From: a virus
IMG/VR virus record: IMGVR_UViG_3300024520_000050
Location: 1-64,000 of that record
Direction: 5' to 3' (one strand)
DNA: 64,000 nucleotides
The notes below the pieces were generated by a model. The model had not been told where the DNA came from, searched no databases, and was given only the letters and a program-made list of their open reading frames with translations. Below, piece by piece: positions 9,069 through 18,043 of this stretch; position 1 is the stretch's first letter; the number at the start of each line of letters is the position of its first letter. The translations under genes and the position numbers were made by a program.

Positions 9069-9322
9069 ATGTAGGTCTATGAGTCACTCTGGACAATAAC
9101 TATAACAATAACTATAACGATAACCACCTTCTCCTCCAATAACAATAACAATAACAATGCACATTGCGCCGCTCCGCGACGTCTTACTTGTAACTTTTGG
9201 TTGTTTAATTGTGGAGATGGTGCGATTATTTGGCTTGACCCTTCACGGGCCTTCCAAATATTTTAGTTATTTTTTCTTTAAAGAGAAATTTTATAGTTTT
9301 GGGTGTGACTCATAGCCTACAT
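9069..9322 (-). ncRNA. candidate 254-nt structured ncRNA with internal simple repeats
   Basis: Closing inverted repeat ATGTAGGTCTATGAGTCAC (9069-9087) / GTGACTCATAGCCTACAT (9305-9322); internal hairpins; (ACAATA/ACTATA)n tracts. Confidence 0.6.
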
Positions 9323-9327
9323 GAATA

Positions 9328-10287
9328 CTACGCTTTCCGAATAACGTAAGACGCTAACTCTTTGAGTAACGTACTACGCATTGCTTCAATTGCAGCATTA
9401 TATTGTAAAGTATGTGCATTATGCTCTTTGACCGCTGCCGACCAAGTAGATAATTCATTTTGATATTCTTCATCATTCTTACGCTGTAGTTCTTCAGCTG
9501 TATCTTTAATCAATTTAAATTGACTGTTTCTATTCTTTTGATAAACAGTATATTTTGATGTTATACTTTCATCAACTTCTAACAAATTAACACATTCATC
9601 TAAATCATATACTAATTTATCATGAACTAAGATAAGTTTAGTATGAGTAGATGAAGTACCACGATCTACAATTTCTTCAGCCATAGAAAGTTTACGTAAG
9701 AATGAAGCTTTCTCTTGATTACATTGTTTTCCATAAACAGATGCTCTAGCTTCCATTTGAAGTAACGATTTGATACGTTTATAACCAATAGCTTCAATTA
9801 ATACTGGACCCATAGCTTGAATCATTGATTCAGCTTTATCCATAGCACAAAACTGGTGAATACTACCTTTAATTAAAGCAGATTTAAGTTGAGGTTGTAC
9901 TGGATACTCTCCTCCTTCAAACTTAATATCATAAGCTTGACTAATCTCATCAATAGATAAAGCTTTGATTTCTTTCTTTAAAGTATCACGATAATTAATA
10001 GCCATTCCATACCATGCTGATTCTTCATTACGATTAGCAATATCAGGTAGAACATCAAAATCTCCAGGCTCTAATTTATATGCTATAGGACGCGATGTAG
10101 ACCCTTTTGCCCCAACGGGTTGATAGATAGTCTCATACAATGATGCATTGTTAATACGTTGCAACAAAGGTTGATTCTTATTCTTGTGTGCTTCTTTAAT
10201 ACGTTGTACTTCAGATGAAGATAAACCTTTAGATTTATCTGTTGAATAAATGTCTACTACAAGTGGACGAATTTTAGCTAATTTCAT
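9328..10287 (-). CDS. hypothetical protein with C-terminal coiled coil
   Basis: 319-aa ORF. Confidence 0.85.
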   Translation of the reverse strand: MKLAKIRPLVVDIYSTDKSKGLSSSEVQRIKEAHKNKNQPLLQRINNASLYETIYQPVGAKGSTSRPIAYKLEPGDFDVLPDIANRNEESAWYGMAINYRDTLKKEIKALSIDEISQAYDIKFEGGEYPVQPQLKSALIKGSIHQFCAMDKAESMIQAMGPVLIEAIGYKRIKSLLQMEARASVYGKQCNQEKASFLRKLSMAEEIVDRGTSSTHTKLILVHDKLVYDLDECVNLLEVDESITSKYTVYQKNRNSQFKLIKDTAEELQRKNDEEYQNELSTWSAAVKEHNAHTLQYNAAIEAMRSTLLKELASYVIRKA

Positions 10288-10328
10288 TGTTTCTTTTTTA
10301 ATTGTTAATAATAAATTTGTATAAATAG

Positions 10329-10420
10329 TGATTCTGGTAGGATTTGCACCTACATCTTCTGCTTACTCATAACCTTCTTCGAGCGGGCGGGGCTAGTGCT
10401 CTACTTGAGCTACAGAATCA
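10329..10420 (-). tRNA. tRNA-like RNA with aberrant anticodon arm (92 nt)
   Basis: TGATTCTG/CAGAATCA acceptor-like stem, GCTC-AAGTA-GAGC D-arm, GTAGG-TGCAAAT-CCTAC T-arm; loop CCCGCCC lacks U33 and purine 37. Confidence 0.6.
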
Positions 10421-10456
10421 TGTAGTCAGAAATTAATTCCTGACTACTTTATATTT

Positions 10457-10732
10457 TTAGAAGTATTTCTTCAATAACGCTTTCAATCCTGACAATCCTT
10501 TTTCAAGACCTTCAATTTTATCATTTATATCCAATACACTAAAAGCATCGAACACTTTGTTTGATAATGCACGTTTCTCCTCTTGTTTTTTGGATGCGAG
10601 AGCTTTTTGCGTAGCCAATATATGACTTTCCAGCTGTAACTTGTCTTGAGCTACTTGATATTCTAACTCTTCCTTGTCCGTTTTCTCCTGACTTTGAGTC
10701 AGTAATTCCATTCTTTTTGTTACTTTTGTCAT
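10457..10732 (-). CDS. coiled-coil protein
   Basis: Heptad pattern; overlaps the upstream ORF in another frame by 194 nt. Confidence 0.7.
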   Translation of the reverse strand: MTKVTKRMELLTQSQEKTDKEELEYQVAQDKLQLESHILATQKALASKKQEEKRALSNKVFDAFSVLDINDKIEGLEKGLSGLKALLKKYF

Positions 10733-10976
10733 CTTGTTTTGTTTTTAAATGTTTAATAATATAATTAGGATACTTTTTATAGAATATACTAAAGTCTTTA
10801 TCATGAATACTATTCCAGAAATTAAAACTTTCTTTTTGTTCACCCCAATCGAATTGTCTTCCTTCTTCAAGTTTTTTTAAACTTTCATTATAAGGTGTTC
10901 CTTCTTCATTAGAATATCTAAAAACCATCAAATCAACTATTTCATCTGGAAATCCTTTTAATTCTTCTTTATACAT
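10539..10976 (-). CDS. hypothetical protein (GFPxEIVxxM...FW...FY.KYP domain)
   Basis: Aromatic-rich N-terminal domain; S/G/R-rich tail is the overlapped part. Confidence 0.7.
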   Translation of the reverse strand: MYKEELKGFPDEIVDLMVFRYSNEEGTPYNESLKKLEEGRQFDWGEQKESFNFWNSIHDKDFSIFYKKYPNYIIKHLKTKQDDKSNKKNGITDSKSGENGQGRVRISSSSRQVTAGKSYIGYAKSSRIQKTRGETCIIKQSVRCF

Positions 10977-10997
10977 AATAATATTTTTAATTAAAAT

Positions 10998-11024
10998 AAG
11001 TGGAGCAGACTAACTACTCCACTT
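10998..11024 (-). terminator. probable intrinsic terminator
   Basis: AAGTGGAG/CTCCACTT stem followed by ATTTT on minus strand. Confidence 0.55.
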
Positions 11025-11031
11025 AATAATA

Positions 11032-11436
11032 TTACTTCTTCAACAATCTCTCAAGTTCTTTCACACTCATTTCTTTCATTTCTTCGTTCTTCTTATCTTC
11101 AATAAGACCTAAGATATTCTGATTGTAAGTCTTCTTATCTTTAGCATTATCTGCAGTTTCTTTCTCATCAACTTTAGTTTCCAGAATGTCAATTACAATA
11201 TCCATTTGTAATTTCAACGTTTTATCCTTCTTACTCTTTTTGACTAAACGTGATCTATTACCAGATGCTTTGTACTTGTCTTCTAAATCATAAGATAATC
11301 GATCTAATACAGGAATTGGTAACTCCCATAATTGTTCTAATGACATTGAACCTGTAGCTATTTTACTAGCATAAGTTCCTAAAATTGCAATTGTAATCGC
11401 AAAACGTAATTTTAATTTACTTGCTGATTTGTACAT
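11032..11436 (-). CDS. conserved phage protein (KLRF...L-EQLWELP motif)
   Basis: Motif recalled as commonly adjacent to the large YfaP-like gene in phages. Confidence 0.8.
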   Translation of the reverse strand: MYKSASKLKLRFAITIAILGTYASKIATGSMSLEQLWELPIPVLDRLSYDLEDKYKASGNRSRLVKKSKKDKTLKLQMDIVIDILETKVDEKETADNAKDKKTYNQNILGLIEDKKNEEMKEMSVKELERLLKK

Positions 11437-11483
11437 AATAATTTGTTTTTAATAATTAAAAAATGGTTTATAAATAGTTTATT

Positions 11484-13628
11484 TTAAAATTTGACTTTGA
11501 TCATACTTTTATGACTTCCCTTAAGTCGTAAGACAAGTTCATCTTTTACTGTTGCATTAAATCCTAATCCAGATAATTGCTTACCATTATTAGGTTCTAA
11601 CATATTAACAGCACCAAGTACTTCTAATACTTTTCTATGTTTAGCCAATTCAGGCTCTAAGTCTTCACTATGAAAGCTTCTCAAAGATGTATCAACTTTA
11701 CAATTTTCAAGCATAAACAAGTAATGTTTGTTACCAGCATGATTGTTTCCCCAATGATTAGGAGAAAGACACATAAGATTAACTTTGTGGAACTGCATTG
11801 TATCTAGACCATATAGTTCTTTACTAGAAGAAGTAGATGGTAGAATATGTTTAATACTGAATTGTCCATCTTTCAATGTTACTTCAGCTACTTGTACGTT
11901 CTGATTAGTTTTTAATGGCTGATTATAAGTATATTGAAATAATTCTCCGTCAAATTCAATTTCAGCAGTGAAACCTTTTGAGCTTCTTTGAGCATATTGA
12001 TTAACATAGAATTTATACGTACCATCAATCATTTTACCCAAAGATGGATAAGTAATATTTTCAACTACTTTCTTTGGTTTATGACTATTAGGATTAGTAA
12101 TATCAATATCCAGATTACCACCTGTTTTACTACTTCTATTATGAGAGTAATAAATATGTTGACCACCAGAAGGCTCTTTACAATGAGCGTCTAAATCAGA
12201 ATTATCACCATCACCTTCTGACCACATAATACTGAATCTACATACACCATCAACCTTTCCACCTTGAGACTTTACAGCCTCTTTAATTTCAGATTTACCA
12301 GCAAGATTACCTTTGTATGTTTTAGAATAAGAATTATCCCATTTGAACATTTGTTTAGATTCTTCATGTTTAGAAGTAGTCATAGTAACTAAGTTACCCT
12401 CTAATCTATTTTCTAAATACGCTTCTATGCTTGTACAAGTAGGTAAAATCTTCTCCATGAATTTTTCAATAGTCACTTCCTGAATACCTTCAAATTCACT
12501 TCTTTTATGACGAGTACTTTTTGTTGGTTTAACAGAATCAAACATTGAAACAGATTTAATCTTACCATCTCCAACATTTATATGTTTGATTTCATTAGCT
12601 TTGATATCATCAATAGTCGCAAAACGTCTATCAAATGATTCAACATAACCATTTTCCTCAACAAATTTCTTAGCCATTCTCTTTTGATTCTCAGTAATAG
12701 GAGCAACTGCTTTCATATAATTAGCAGGATCTACACGCTTATTCCAAGATTGACAAGCTTTATTCAACTCTTCTCCTTCAGCTAGTTCTTTACACAATTG
12801 CCCCATCAATTCATTTCTGAATTTAGCAAATGGAAAGTTATTAGATTTAACCCAACACCAATTCTCACGTTGATTAGCAGGAAGAGCATCAAATTCTATT
12901 TTACATTCTAAGAATACTTCTAACTTACTCAAATGAGCATCACCATTCAATAAAGAACCTTGATTAATCAAATCTCTTACTAATTCCAGAGTATCACGAG
13001 GGATTGTTTCTAATCCTCTGTAAAATACATCTTTACTACTTCTATGAACAGCAGAGATAGATTCAATGGAACTACCAGTAAAGTCTACAAAAGCTTTAGG
13101 TAAGTCTAAATGAAAGTGACGAAATGTTCTAGTTTCATTAGCTTTCACTACACCAAATATTTCTGCTTCTTCTTTAGTATAACGTTTATGATTCTTTGCA
13201 ATACCTAAACGGAATACTTTATTGTTCTTCTTACATTCCTCATAAGGTAATGCTTTCAACTCATTGAAAGTTTCCAGGAATATATTACCAACTTTAGCGC
13301 TTTTGATAAGTTTAGATAAAGCATCAAAGCTATCACTATATTCATCAAAATTATCAATACTCATTTTATCAACAATATCAAATAAAGTTATAATATTATT
13401 GTTTTTATCGATAGCAACAACGTTGCCATAACGACGTACAAAGTTATTACAACAATTGCAATTGTGAACACTTGAATCAGGATCTCTGAATTGTGGGTCA
13501 GTTTCTCCATTAAATGAAGATAAATACATATCCCATACTTCTCTACCTGTAATAGTAGATCTGAATAGGATGCCTTGTGAACACATTACTTTAAAATGTT
13601 CTTGGAATAATTCCATTAATTCTTTCAT
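11484..13628 (-). CDS. 714-aa protein with HNCNCC motif and C-terminal YfaP/DUF2135-like domain
   Basis: HNCNCCNNFVRRYG; SDLDAHCKEP..HIYY..GGNLDIDI..VENITY. Confidence 0.7.
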   Translation of the reverse strand: MKELMELFQEHFKVMCSQGILFRSTITGREVWDMYLSSFNGETDPQFRDPDSSVHNCNCCNNFVRRYGNVVAIDKNNNIITLFDIVDKMSIDNFDEYSDSFDALSKLIKSAKVGNIFLETFNELKALPYEECKKNNKVFRLGIAKNHKRYTKEEAEIFGVVKANETRTFRHFHLDLPKAFVDFTGSSIESISAVHRSSKDVFYRGLETIPRDTLELVRDLINQGSLLNGDAHLSKLEVFLECKIEFDALPANQRENWCWVKSNNFPFAKFRNELMGQLCKELAEGEELNKACQSWNKRVDPANYMKAVAPITENQKRMAKKFVEENGYVESFDRRFATIDDIKANEIKHINVGDGKIKSVSMFDSVKPTKSTRHKRSEFEGIQEVTIEKFMEKILPTCTSIEAYLENRLEGNLVTMTTSKHEESKQMFKWDNSYSKTYKGNLAGKSEIKEAVKSQGGKVDGVCRFSIMWSEGDGDNSDLDAHCKEPSGGQHIYYSHNRSSKTGGNLDIDITNPNSHKPKKVVENITYPSLGKMIDGTYKFYVNQYAQRSSKGFTAEIEFDGELFQYTYNQPLKTNQNVQVAEVTLKDGQFSIKHILPSTSSSKELYGLDTMQFHKVNLMCLSPNHWGNNHAGNKHYLFMLENCKVDTSLRSFHSEDLEPELAKHRKVLEVLGAVNMLEPNNGKQLSGLGFNATVKDELVLRLKGSHKSMIKVKF

Positions 13629-13656
13629 AGTTTGTTTATTTATACTTGTTTAAAAA

Positions 13657-14037
13657 TTAGATTTCTAGTTTATTATATTCAATAAGTATCCTCTCAGCTC
13701 CTTCAGGATTGTCTTCTTTAAAACTTATAACAGCTTGATTAAGTAAGTCAATCTTTCTTAATTTAATTGCTTTATTAGCTTTATATTGTACATAGTATTT
13801 ATAAAATGGTATTCGTATTTGATATTCGAATGTTATTTCATTATTAAAACATCGTACGCAAGCTACTACAATTATAAAAAAATTTACAAAACCTGTTATT
13901 GTTGCACAAATCCCAGCAAGAGTTCCTAATCTTATATTTCCTTCCATATAAGTCAAATCATAATATCCAGAAAAGATAAAACAATTCCAAATGAACCATA
14001 CTATATACCATATATTTCTTTGATTAATTGTTATCAT
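13657..14037 (-). CDS. membrane protein
   Basis: Two TM-like stretches. Confidence 0.7.
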   Translation of the reverse strand: MITINQRNIWYIVWFIWNCFIFSGYYDLTYMEGNIRLGTLAGICATITGFVNFFIIVVACVRCFNNEITFEYQIRIPFYKYYVQYKANKAIKLRKIDLLNQAVISFKEDNPEGAERILIEYNKLEI

Positions 14038-14324
14038 AATTCTTCACCGTTTAATTCAGACTTACTCATTTGCATATCATTAATATATGGTGTAAAACCA
14101 GCAAGAAGATTATTACTAATTAATTCACCTAATGTGGGATAATGAATTCCCATATCTTCATCAGTATCAATATTATAATAACAAATTCCTTTATTACTAA
14201 AATGTACACCACATTTTATTCCTGAATGTTCGTGAATAGCACTAACATTAACATCATCTTCTTTAAGATTACAAATTTTACCGTTTTTTAATACTAACAT
14301 AGTTTTATTTATTAAAGTGTTCAT
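14034..14324 (-). CDS. hypothetical protein
   Basis: ORF in coupled operon. Confidence 0.65.
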   Translation of the reverse strand: MNTLINKTMLVLKNGKICNLKEDDVNVSAIHEHSGIKCGVHFSNKGICYYNIDTDEDMGIHYPTLGELISNNLLAGFTPYINDMQMSKSELNGEEL

Positions 14325-15093
14325 TCAATTCAAATAATATCATACTAACATCAGCTCCATAAAATCCAGAACAGTTAATACAATTTAACTCTACAATCTT
14401 CCATCCATCACTAGTTAAACATACATCCATTACAAATGCTTCTGCTATTGTTGAATGTGTATCAACCATTTCTTGTGCAAACTTCTCTGCATCATATTCA
14501 TGTGGACCTAAATCCATCCCTTTATATCTTGCTGAAGTAATTACTTTACCATCAATAATCCAACATCGTACTTCACGATAGATAGTTTTAACAGATGCTA
14601 CTTGAATTTCCGTCCATCTACGTATTCTTGATCTACTTTCATAATGATTAACACTTTTAACAAATTCATTCCATCTATCAAGTGTAAATACTTGTCCAGT
14701 AAATATCTTACTATCTTCGCAAGGTCTAATAAACTTTTCACCAACAAAATCTAATTTATCAGTAAATTTAACAATATCAGAATCCCAATTTAATAGATTA
14801 TCTGTATAATAATCTTTATAAATAGAATAGTCATGTTCACGATTCATCATTGAACCTGGTTTCCAATCATATGAATCTGCATTATCTGCCATTTTATTAG
14901 CACCAAAAGCAAAGATATCTTCTCTTTCTGTTTGAAAGTATGTATTATTTTCATTATCATCTTTGATAAAAAGTGAGCTTGTTCTAGGTCTAGTATGAAC
15001 AATTTGATATTCATATTCTAACTTATTCATAGCATCAACTAATGCATTAAAATTCTCTGTTCTAAATGTATTTTTCTGTATTAAGTATAGCAT
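14305..15093 (-). CDS. ATP-grasp protein (DUF4343/R2K-like), second copy
   Basis: KFIRP, REVRCWII, FVMDVC, KIVELNCINCSGFY. Confidence 0.8.
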   Translation of the reverse strand: MLYLIQKNTFRTENFNALVDAMNKLEYEYQIVHTRPRTSSLFIKDDNENNTYFQTEREDIFAFGANKMADNADSYDWKPGSMMNREHDYSIYKDYYTDNLLNWDSDIVKFTDKLDFVGEKFIRPCEDSKIFTGQVFTLDRWNEFVKSVNHYESRSRIRRWTEIQVASVKTIYREVRCWIIDGKVITSARYKGMDLGPHEYDAEKFAQEMVDTHSTIAEAFVMDVCLTSDGWKIVELNCINCSGFYGADVSMILFELNEHFNK

Positions 15094-15095
15094 AA

Positions 15096-15455
15096 TTATT
15101 TTAAGTTTATAAATTCATTAAATGCATTAAGATAATCTTTATTTCCAGCTATGAATTTAGCTACTAACATCATATTGTAATGATAATTATCCATTTCTTC
15201 GTCAAGCCTATCGCCTGTTTCTTCATTATAATAAGGTTTGATTTCATACAATTCAGTATGTTCTGAAAATGGGCTTTGTTCTGTTAAAGATTCTTTTATA
15301 ACATTGTGCCCTCTTTCCACTAATCCTTCCTTCATTAAGAATTCTCCCCAATCTTGATTTGCTATAGTATCATAAGAAAATCTATCATTAAAACATTCTC
15401 CTGCTTCTGATTCCCAACTACATATCTTATTATATACTTCTTCTTGTTTACTCAT
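15096..15455 (-). CDS. hypothetical protein, tandem paralog 1
   Basis: ICSWE..QDWGEFLMKEGLVERGH..YEIKP matches the next ORF. Confidence 0.8.
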   Translation of the reverse strand: MSKQEEVYNKICSWESEAGECFNDRFSYDTIANQDWGEFLMKEGLVERGHNVIKESLTEQSPFSEHTELYEIKPYYNEETGDRLDEEMDNYHYNMMLVAKFIAGNKDYLNAFNEFINLK

Positions 15456-15469
15456 ACTCTATATGATTT

Positions 15470-15805
15470 TCAATGTGCGTCCATAAATTTATTAAATGTT
15501 TCCATTGTTTCTTCCTCTTCAGAGATATACTTAGCAATTAATTTTATATTAAATTCCCATCTTTTATGAACATAATCGCCATTCTTATCATAAGTAGGTT
15601 TAATTTCAAATCTTTCATGTAATCGAATAAACTTAGTTCCTCCTAATTTCTTAAGGAGCTCATGTCCAAATACTACAAAACCTTCTCTCATAAGGAATTC
15701 TGCCCATTCTTGAGTAGGAATATTTCCACTATAATAATCAGTAAATGATTCTTGTATATTTTCTTCCCAATCACATATTAATTCAAATATTTTTTCTTTT
15801 GTCAT
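15470..15805 (-). CDS. hypothetical protein, tandem paralog 2
   Basis: ICDWE..QEWAEFLMREGFVVFGH..FEIKP. Confidence 0.8.
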   Translation of the reverse strand: MTKEKIFELICDWEENIQESFTDYYSGNIPTQEWAEFLMREGFVVFGHELLKKLGGTKFIRLHERFEIKPTYDKNGDYVHKRWEFNIKLIAKYISEEEETMETFNKFMDAH

Positions 15806-15820
15806 TATAATTTAAGTTTT

Positions 15821-16066
15821 TTAATCCATCTCCATAAAACTTCCTGTCTTACATGTTTTATATTCAACCTCATCGTTTTCTATCCATGATAAAATAGTAT
15901 GCGATTCCCAATTAATGCCATCTACATACATAGTTATATTTTTAAATTCGTATCTATCATTTCCAACATGGATTCCATCTTTAACAGCAAAACCACATTG
16001 AAGTTGTAAATATTTTGATATTCTATTGAATACATCTAAGTTTCCTGTAAATGTTTTTTCTAACAT
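15821..16066 (-). CDS. hypothetical protein
   Basis: ORF preceded by the TACTCAAA-like leader variant AACTCAAA. Confidence 0.7.
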   Translation of the reverse strand: MLEKTFTGNLDVFNRISKYLQLQCGFAVKDGIHVGNDRYEFKNITMYVDGINWESHTILSWIENDEVEYKTCKTGSFMEMD

Positions 16067-16087
16067 AATAATTTGAGTTTAAAAACA

Positions 16088-16118
16088 AAACGAGAAGGGT
16101 AATTAATCCTTCTCGTTT
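16088..16118 (-). terminator. intrinsic terminator
   Basis: 11-bp AAACGAGAAGG/CCTTCTCGTTT stem then TGTTTTT on minus strand. Confidence 0.75.
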
Positions 16119-16143
16119 ATATATTAACAATTTGCAACTACTT

Positions 16144-17064
16144 TTAGCAGTTAGCATAAGGGAACAATTTGCTCCAAAATCCATTACCTTTACCACGACT
16201 ACGACCTTTACCTATTTTACGAGCTTTTCTCTTACGAGGAGCTTTCTTAACTTCAGGTTCAGTACCAGTCATACTTATAGTAATAATACCAATCATTGGA
16301 ACTTCCCAACGACCATCTACAACAGGTACTACAGAACGTACACTATGAGTTAAGTCATAGTTCATTTTCTCTGCATATTTGATGTATCTTCTTAATTTTG
16401 CACGACACGCAGCGTTTATAGCTTTGTTGCTTTGTGCACCTTCATTCTTCCACTCATCTCTCAATAAATCATGTTGTGTCCAAGCATCTTTAACAGATAA
16501 CCCCTCACAATCACAATATTCATGTTCAACAGTGTCAGTAACAATCTGAAGTCTAGTTTCAGTAACGATTCTAGTTAATACAACAGTATCAACAATAGTA
16601 ACAGTATCAACTACATCAATATCAGCCATAGTAGCTTCATCTTGAAAGTAATAATCTGAAACTTCAGCATCGGCATCGGCATCGGCATCAATTCCAACAG
16701 TACGATCTTGTGCATTGTGATTACCACATGTAGAACACGCTTCATCAACTTCAGTAACATCAGCATCTTTCGTCATTACTTCCCAAGAAGTAGTGTAGTG
16801 TAAGATATGAAGATTATTCCCTCCATTCTTAAGGTATAGTCTATAATTTAGACCAATCATTTCTGCGTATTCAGCCATTAAAACACGGCCTTCAGTCATT
16901 CCAATACTACCTGGAACGATATCATTTAACATACATACTGCATCATACAGTGATGTATTTTCTCCAACTCTTTGAGCTAGTGATTCATTCACAGTTTCTA
17001 ACTGTGCTTGTGCTTGTGTAGACATGAATAATGCTACAACTATAATTAATAATAAATTTCTCAT
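16144..17064 (-). CDS. secreted/periplasmic protein, possible LysM-like N-terminal module
   Basis: Sec signal MRNLLLIIVVALFMSTQAQA; SLYDAVCMLNDIVPGSIGMTEGRVL weakly LysM-like; DA repeat; basic C-terminus. Confidence 0.65.
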   Translation of the reverse strand: MRNLLLIIVVALFMSTQAQAQLETVNESLAQRVGENTSLYDAVCMLNDIVPGSIGMTEGRVLMAEYAEMIGLNYRLYLKNGGNNLHILHYTTSWEVMTKDADVTEVDEACSTCGNHNAQDRTVGIDADADADAEVSDYYFQDEATMADIDVVDTVTIVDTVVLTRIVTETRLQIVTDTVEHEYCDCEGLSVKDAWTQHDLLRDEWKNEGAQSNKAINAACRAKLRRYIKYAEKMNYDLTHSVRSVVPVVDGRWEVPMIGIITISMTGTEPEVKKAPRKRKARKIGKGRSRGKGNGFWSKLFPYANC

Positions 17065-17112
17065 GATATGTAAATTAAGTTTTGTTTAAAAATAAGATTC
17101 TAAATAAAAATA

Positions 17113-17300
17113 ATGTTTCACATCACTAACCTGCTACGGCTAACAATAACAAATTGGTATGAATGAGTAGTGTCAATTTATTGCACTATATATCTCATTA
17201 TGATAACGATTTGCGACACGAATTTGTGCCTTGAGCTCCGTTATTATCACTCGTTTAGTGATAACCTAACTACCGTATTGTAGTTAGAGGTCTAAGCCAT
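17113..17300 (-). ncRNA. candidate structured RNA (hairpin array)
   Basis: Stems AATGAG/CTCATT, TTATCAC/GTGATAA, CTAACTAC/GTAGTTAG; no ORF. Confidence 0.4.
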
Positions 17301-17309
17301 TACAGCCAA

Positions 17310-17483
17310 TCATTTATCTTCTTTTACATATGCTGGTATGATACTCCATAATCTATGAGTTCTAGTTTGAACTATATTTTCCATACCTTTCTTTGCATCT
17401 TCTTCTGTTTCAAAAGTGTCGTGTAATTTAGTTCCATTTGGAATGGTGTGTATACTAAATACACCAAATAATTTCTTTAACAT
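17310..17483 (-). CDS. 57-aa protein (not in ORF track)
   Basis: Manual translation MLKKLFGVFSIHTIPNGTKLHDTFETEEDAKKGMENIV... Confidence 0.6.
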   Translation of the reverse strand: MLKKLFGVFSIHTIPNGTKLHDTFETEEDAKKGMENIVQTRTHRLWSIIPAYVKEDK

Positions 17484-17546
17484 AATTTATTTTATTTCAT
17501 TTAATTGTTCTAATTCTTGTTTATCCATAGTTATTAATTTAAAAAT

Positions 17547-17729
17547 AAAGACATCACTTTAGCCGGGAACTCCATCCTATCTGTCACTAAAGTTGTTAAT
17601 AAATTACTCCCGCACTTGGTATGATAGAAGTTGCTTATGGTACAAGCAGTACCACTTCTATACTAGGCATGTCGTTTACGGATGAGAAAGCTTCTTCATC
17701 TTGCCGATAATTTATCAACTGATGTCCTT
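17547..17729 (-). ncRNA. candidate 183-nt multi-stem ncRNA
   Basis: Closing stem AAAGACATCA/TGATGTCCTT (mismatch becomes G-U on minus strand); inner stems ACTTTAG/CTAAAGT, TAGAAGT/ACTTCTA, GATGA/TCATC. Confidence 0.55.
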
Positions 17730-17848
17730 ATGCTAAAATCATCTAACTAAGTTAAATGACTTCGTTTCTCCTTCAACACATGGTTGATGAGATAAAATGT
17801 AAAGCCCACATCAAATGGTACGAACAAAATCTTACTTTACATTAAATA

Positions 17849-17934
17849 AACACGTTCTTCAGATGTATTATTGCTTGGATGTCAGTTCGACTAACACCAC
17901 TCGTTGCCCCATCCTTGGGTAATTCAAACGTGTT
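17849..17934. ncRNA. candidate structured RNA
   Basis: Perfect AACACGTT/AACGTGTT closing stem, GC-richer interior. Confidence 0.4.
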
Positions 17935-17944
17935 ATATCAAAAA

Positions 17945-18037
17945 AATTAAATCAATCACTGCTTTTAGACGCACTTAGTCTTCTCTAGCGACGGTACTCA
18001 GCAATGGTTTGAGTAGACTCCTCTTCATGATTTAATT
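17945..18037. ncRNA. candidate structured RNA
   Basis: Perfect 10-bp AATTAAATCA/TGATTTAATT closure; inner TACTCA/TGAGTA hairpin. Confidence 0.45.
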
Positions 18038-18043
18038 TATATT

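Noticed and set aside
9093-9159. Short tandem repeats as a possible CRISPR-like array
   Set aside because: 6-nt simple repeats without spacers; no CRISPR array seen anywhere in the window
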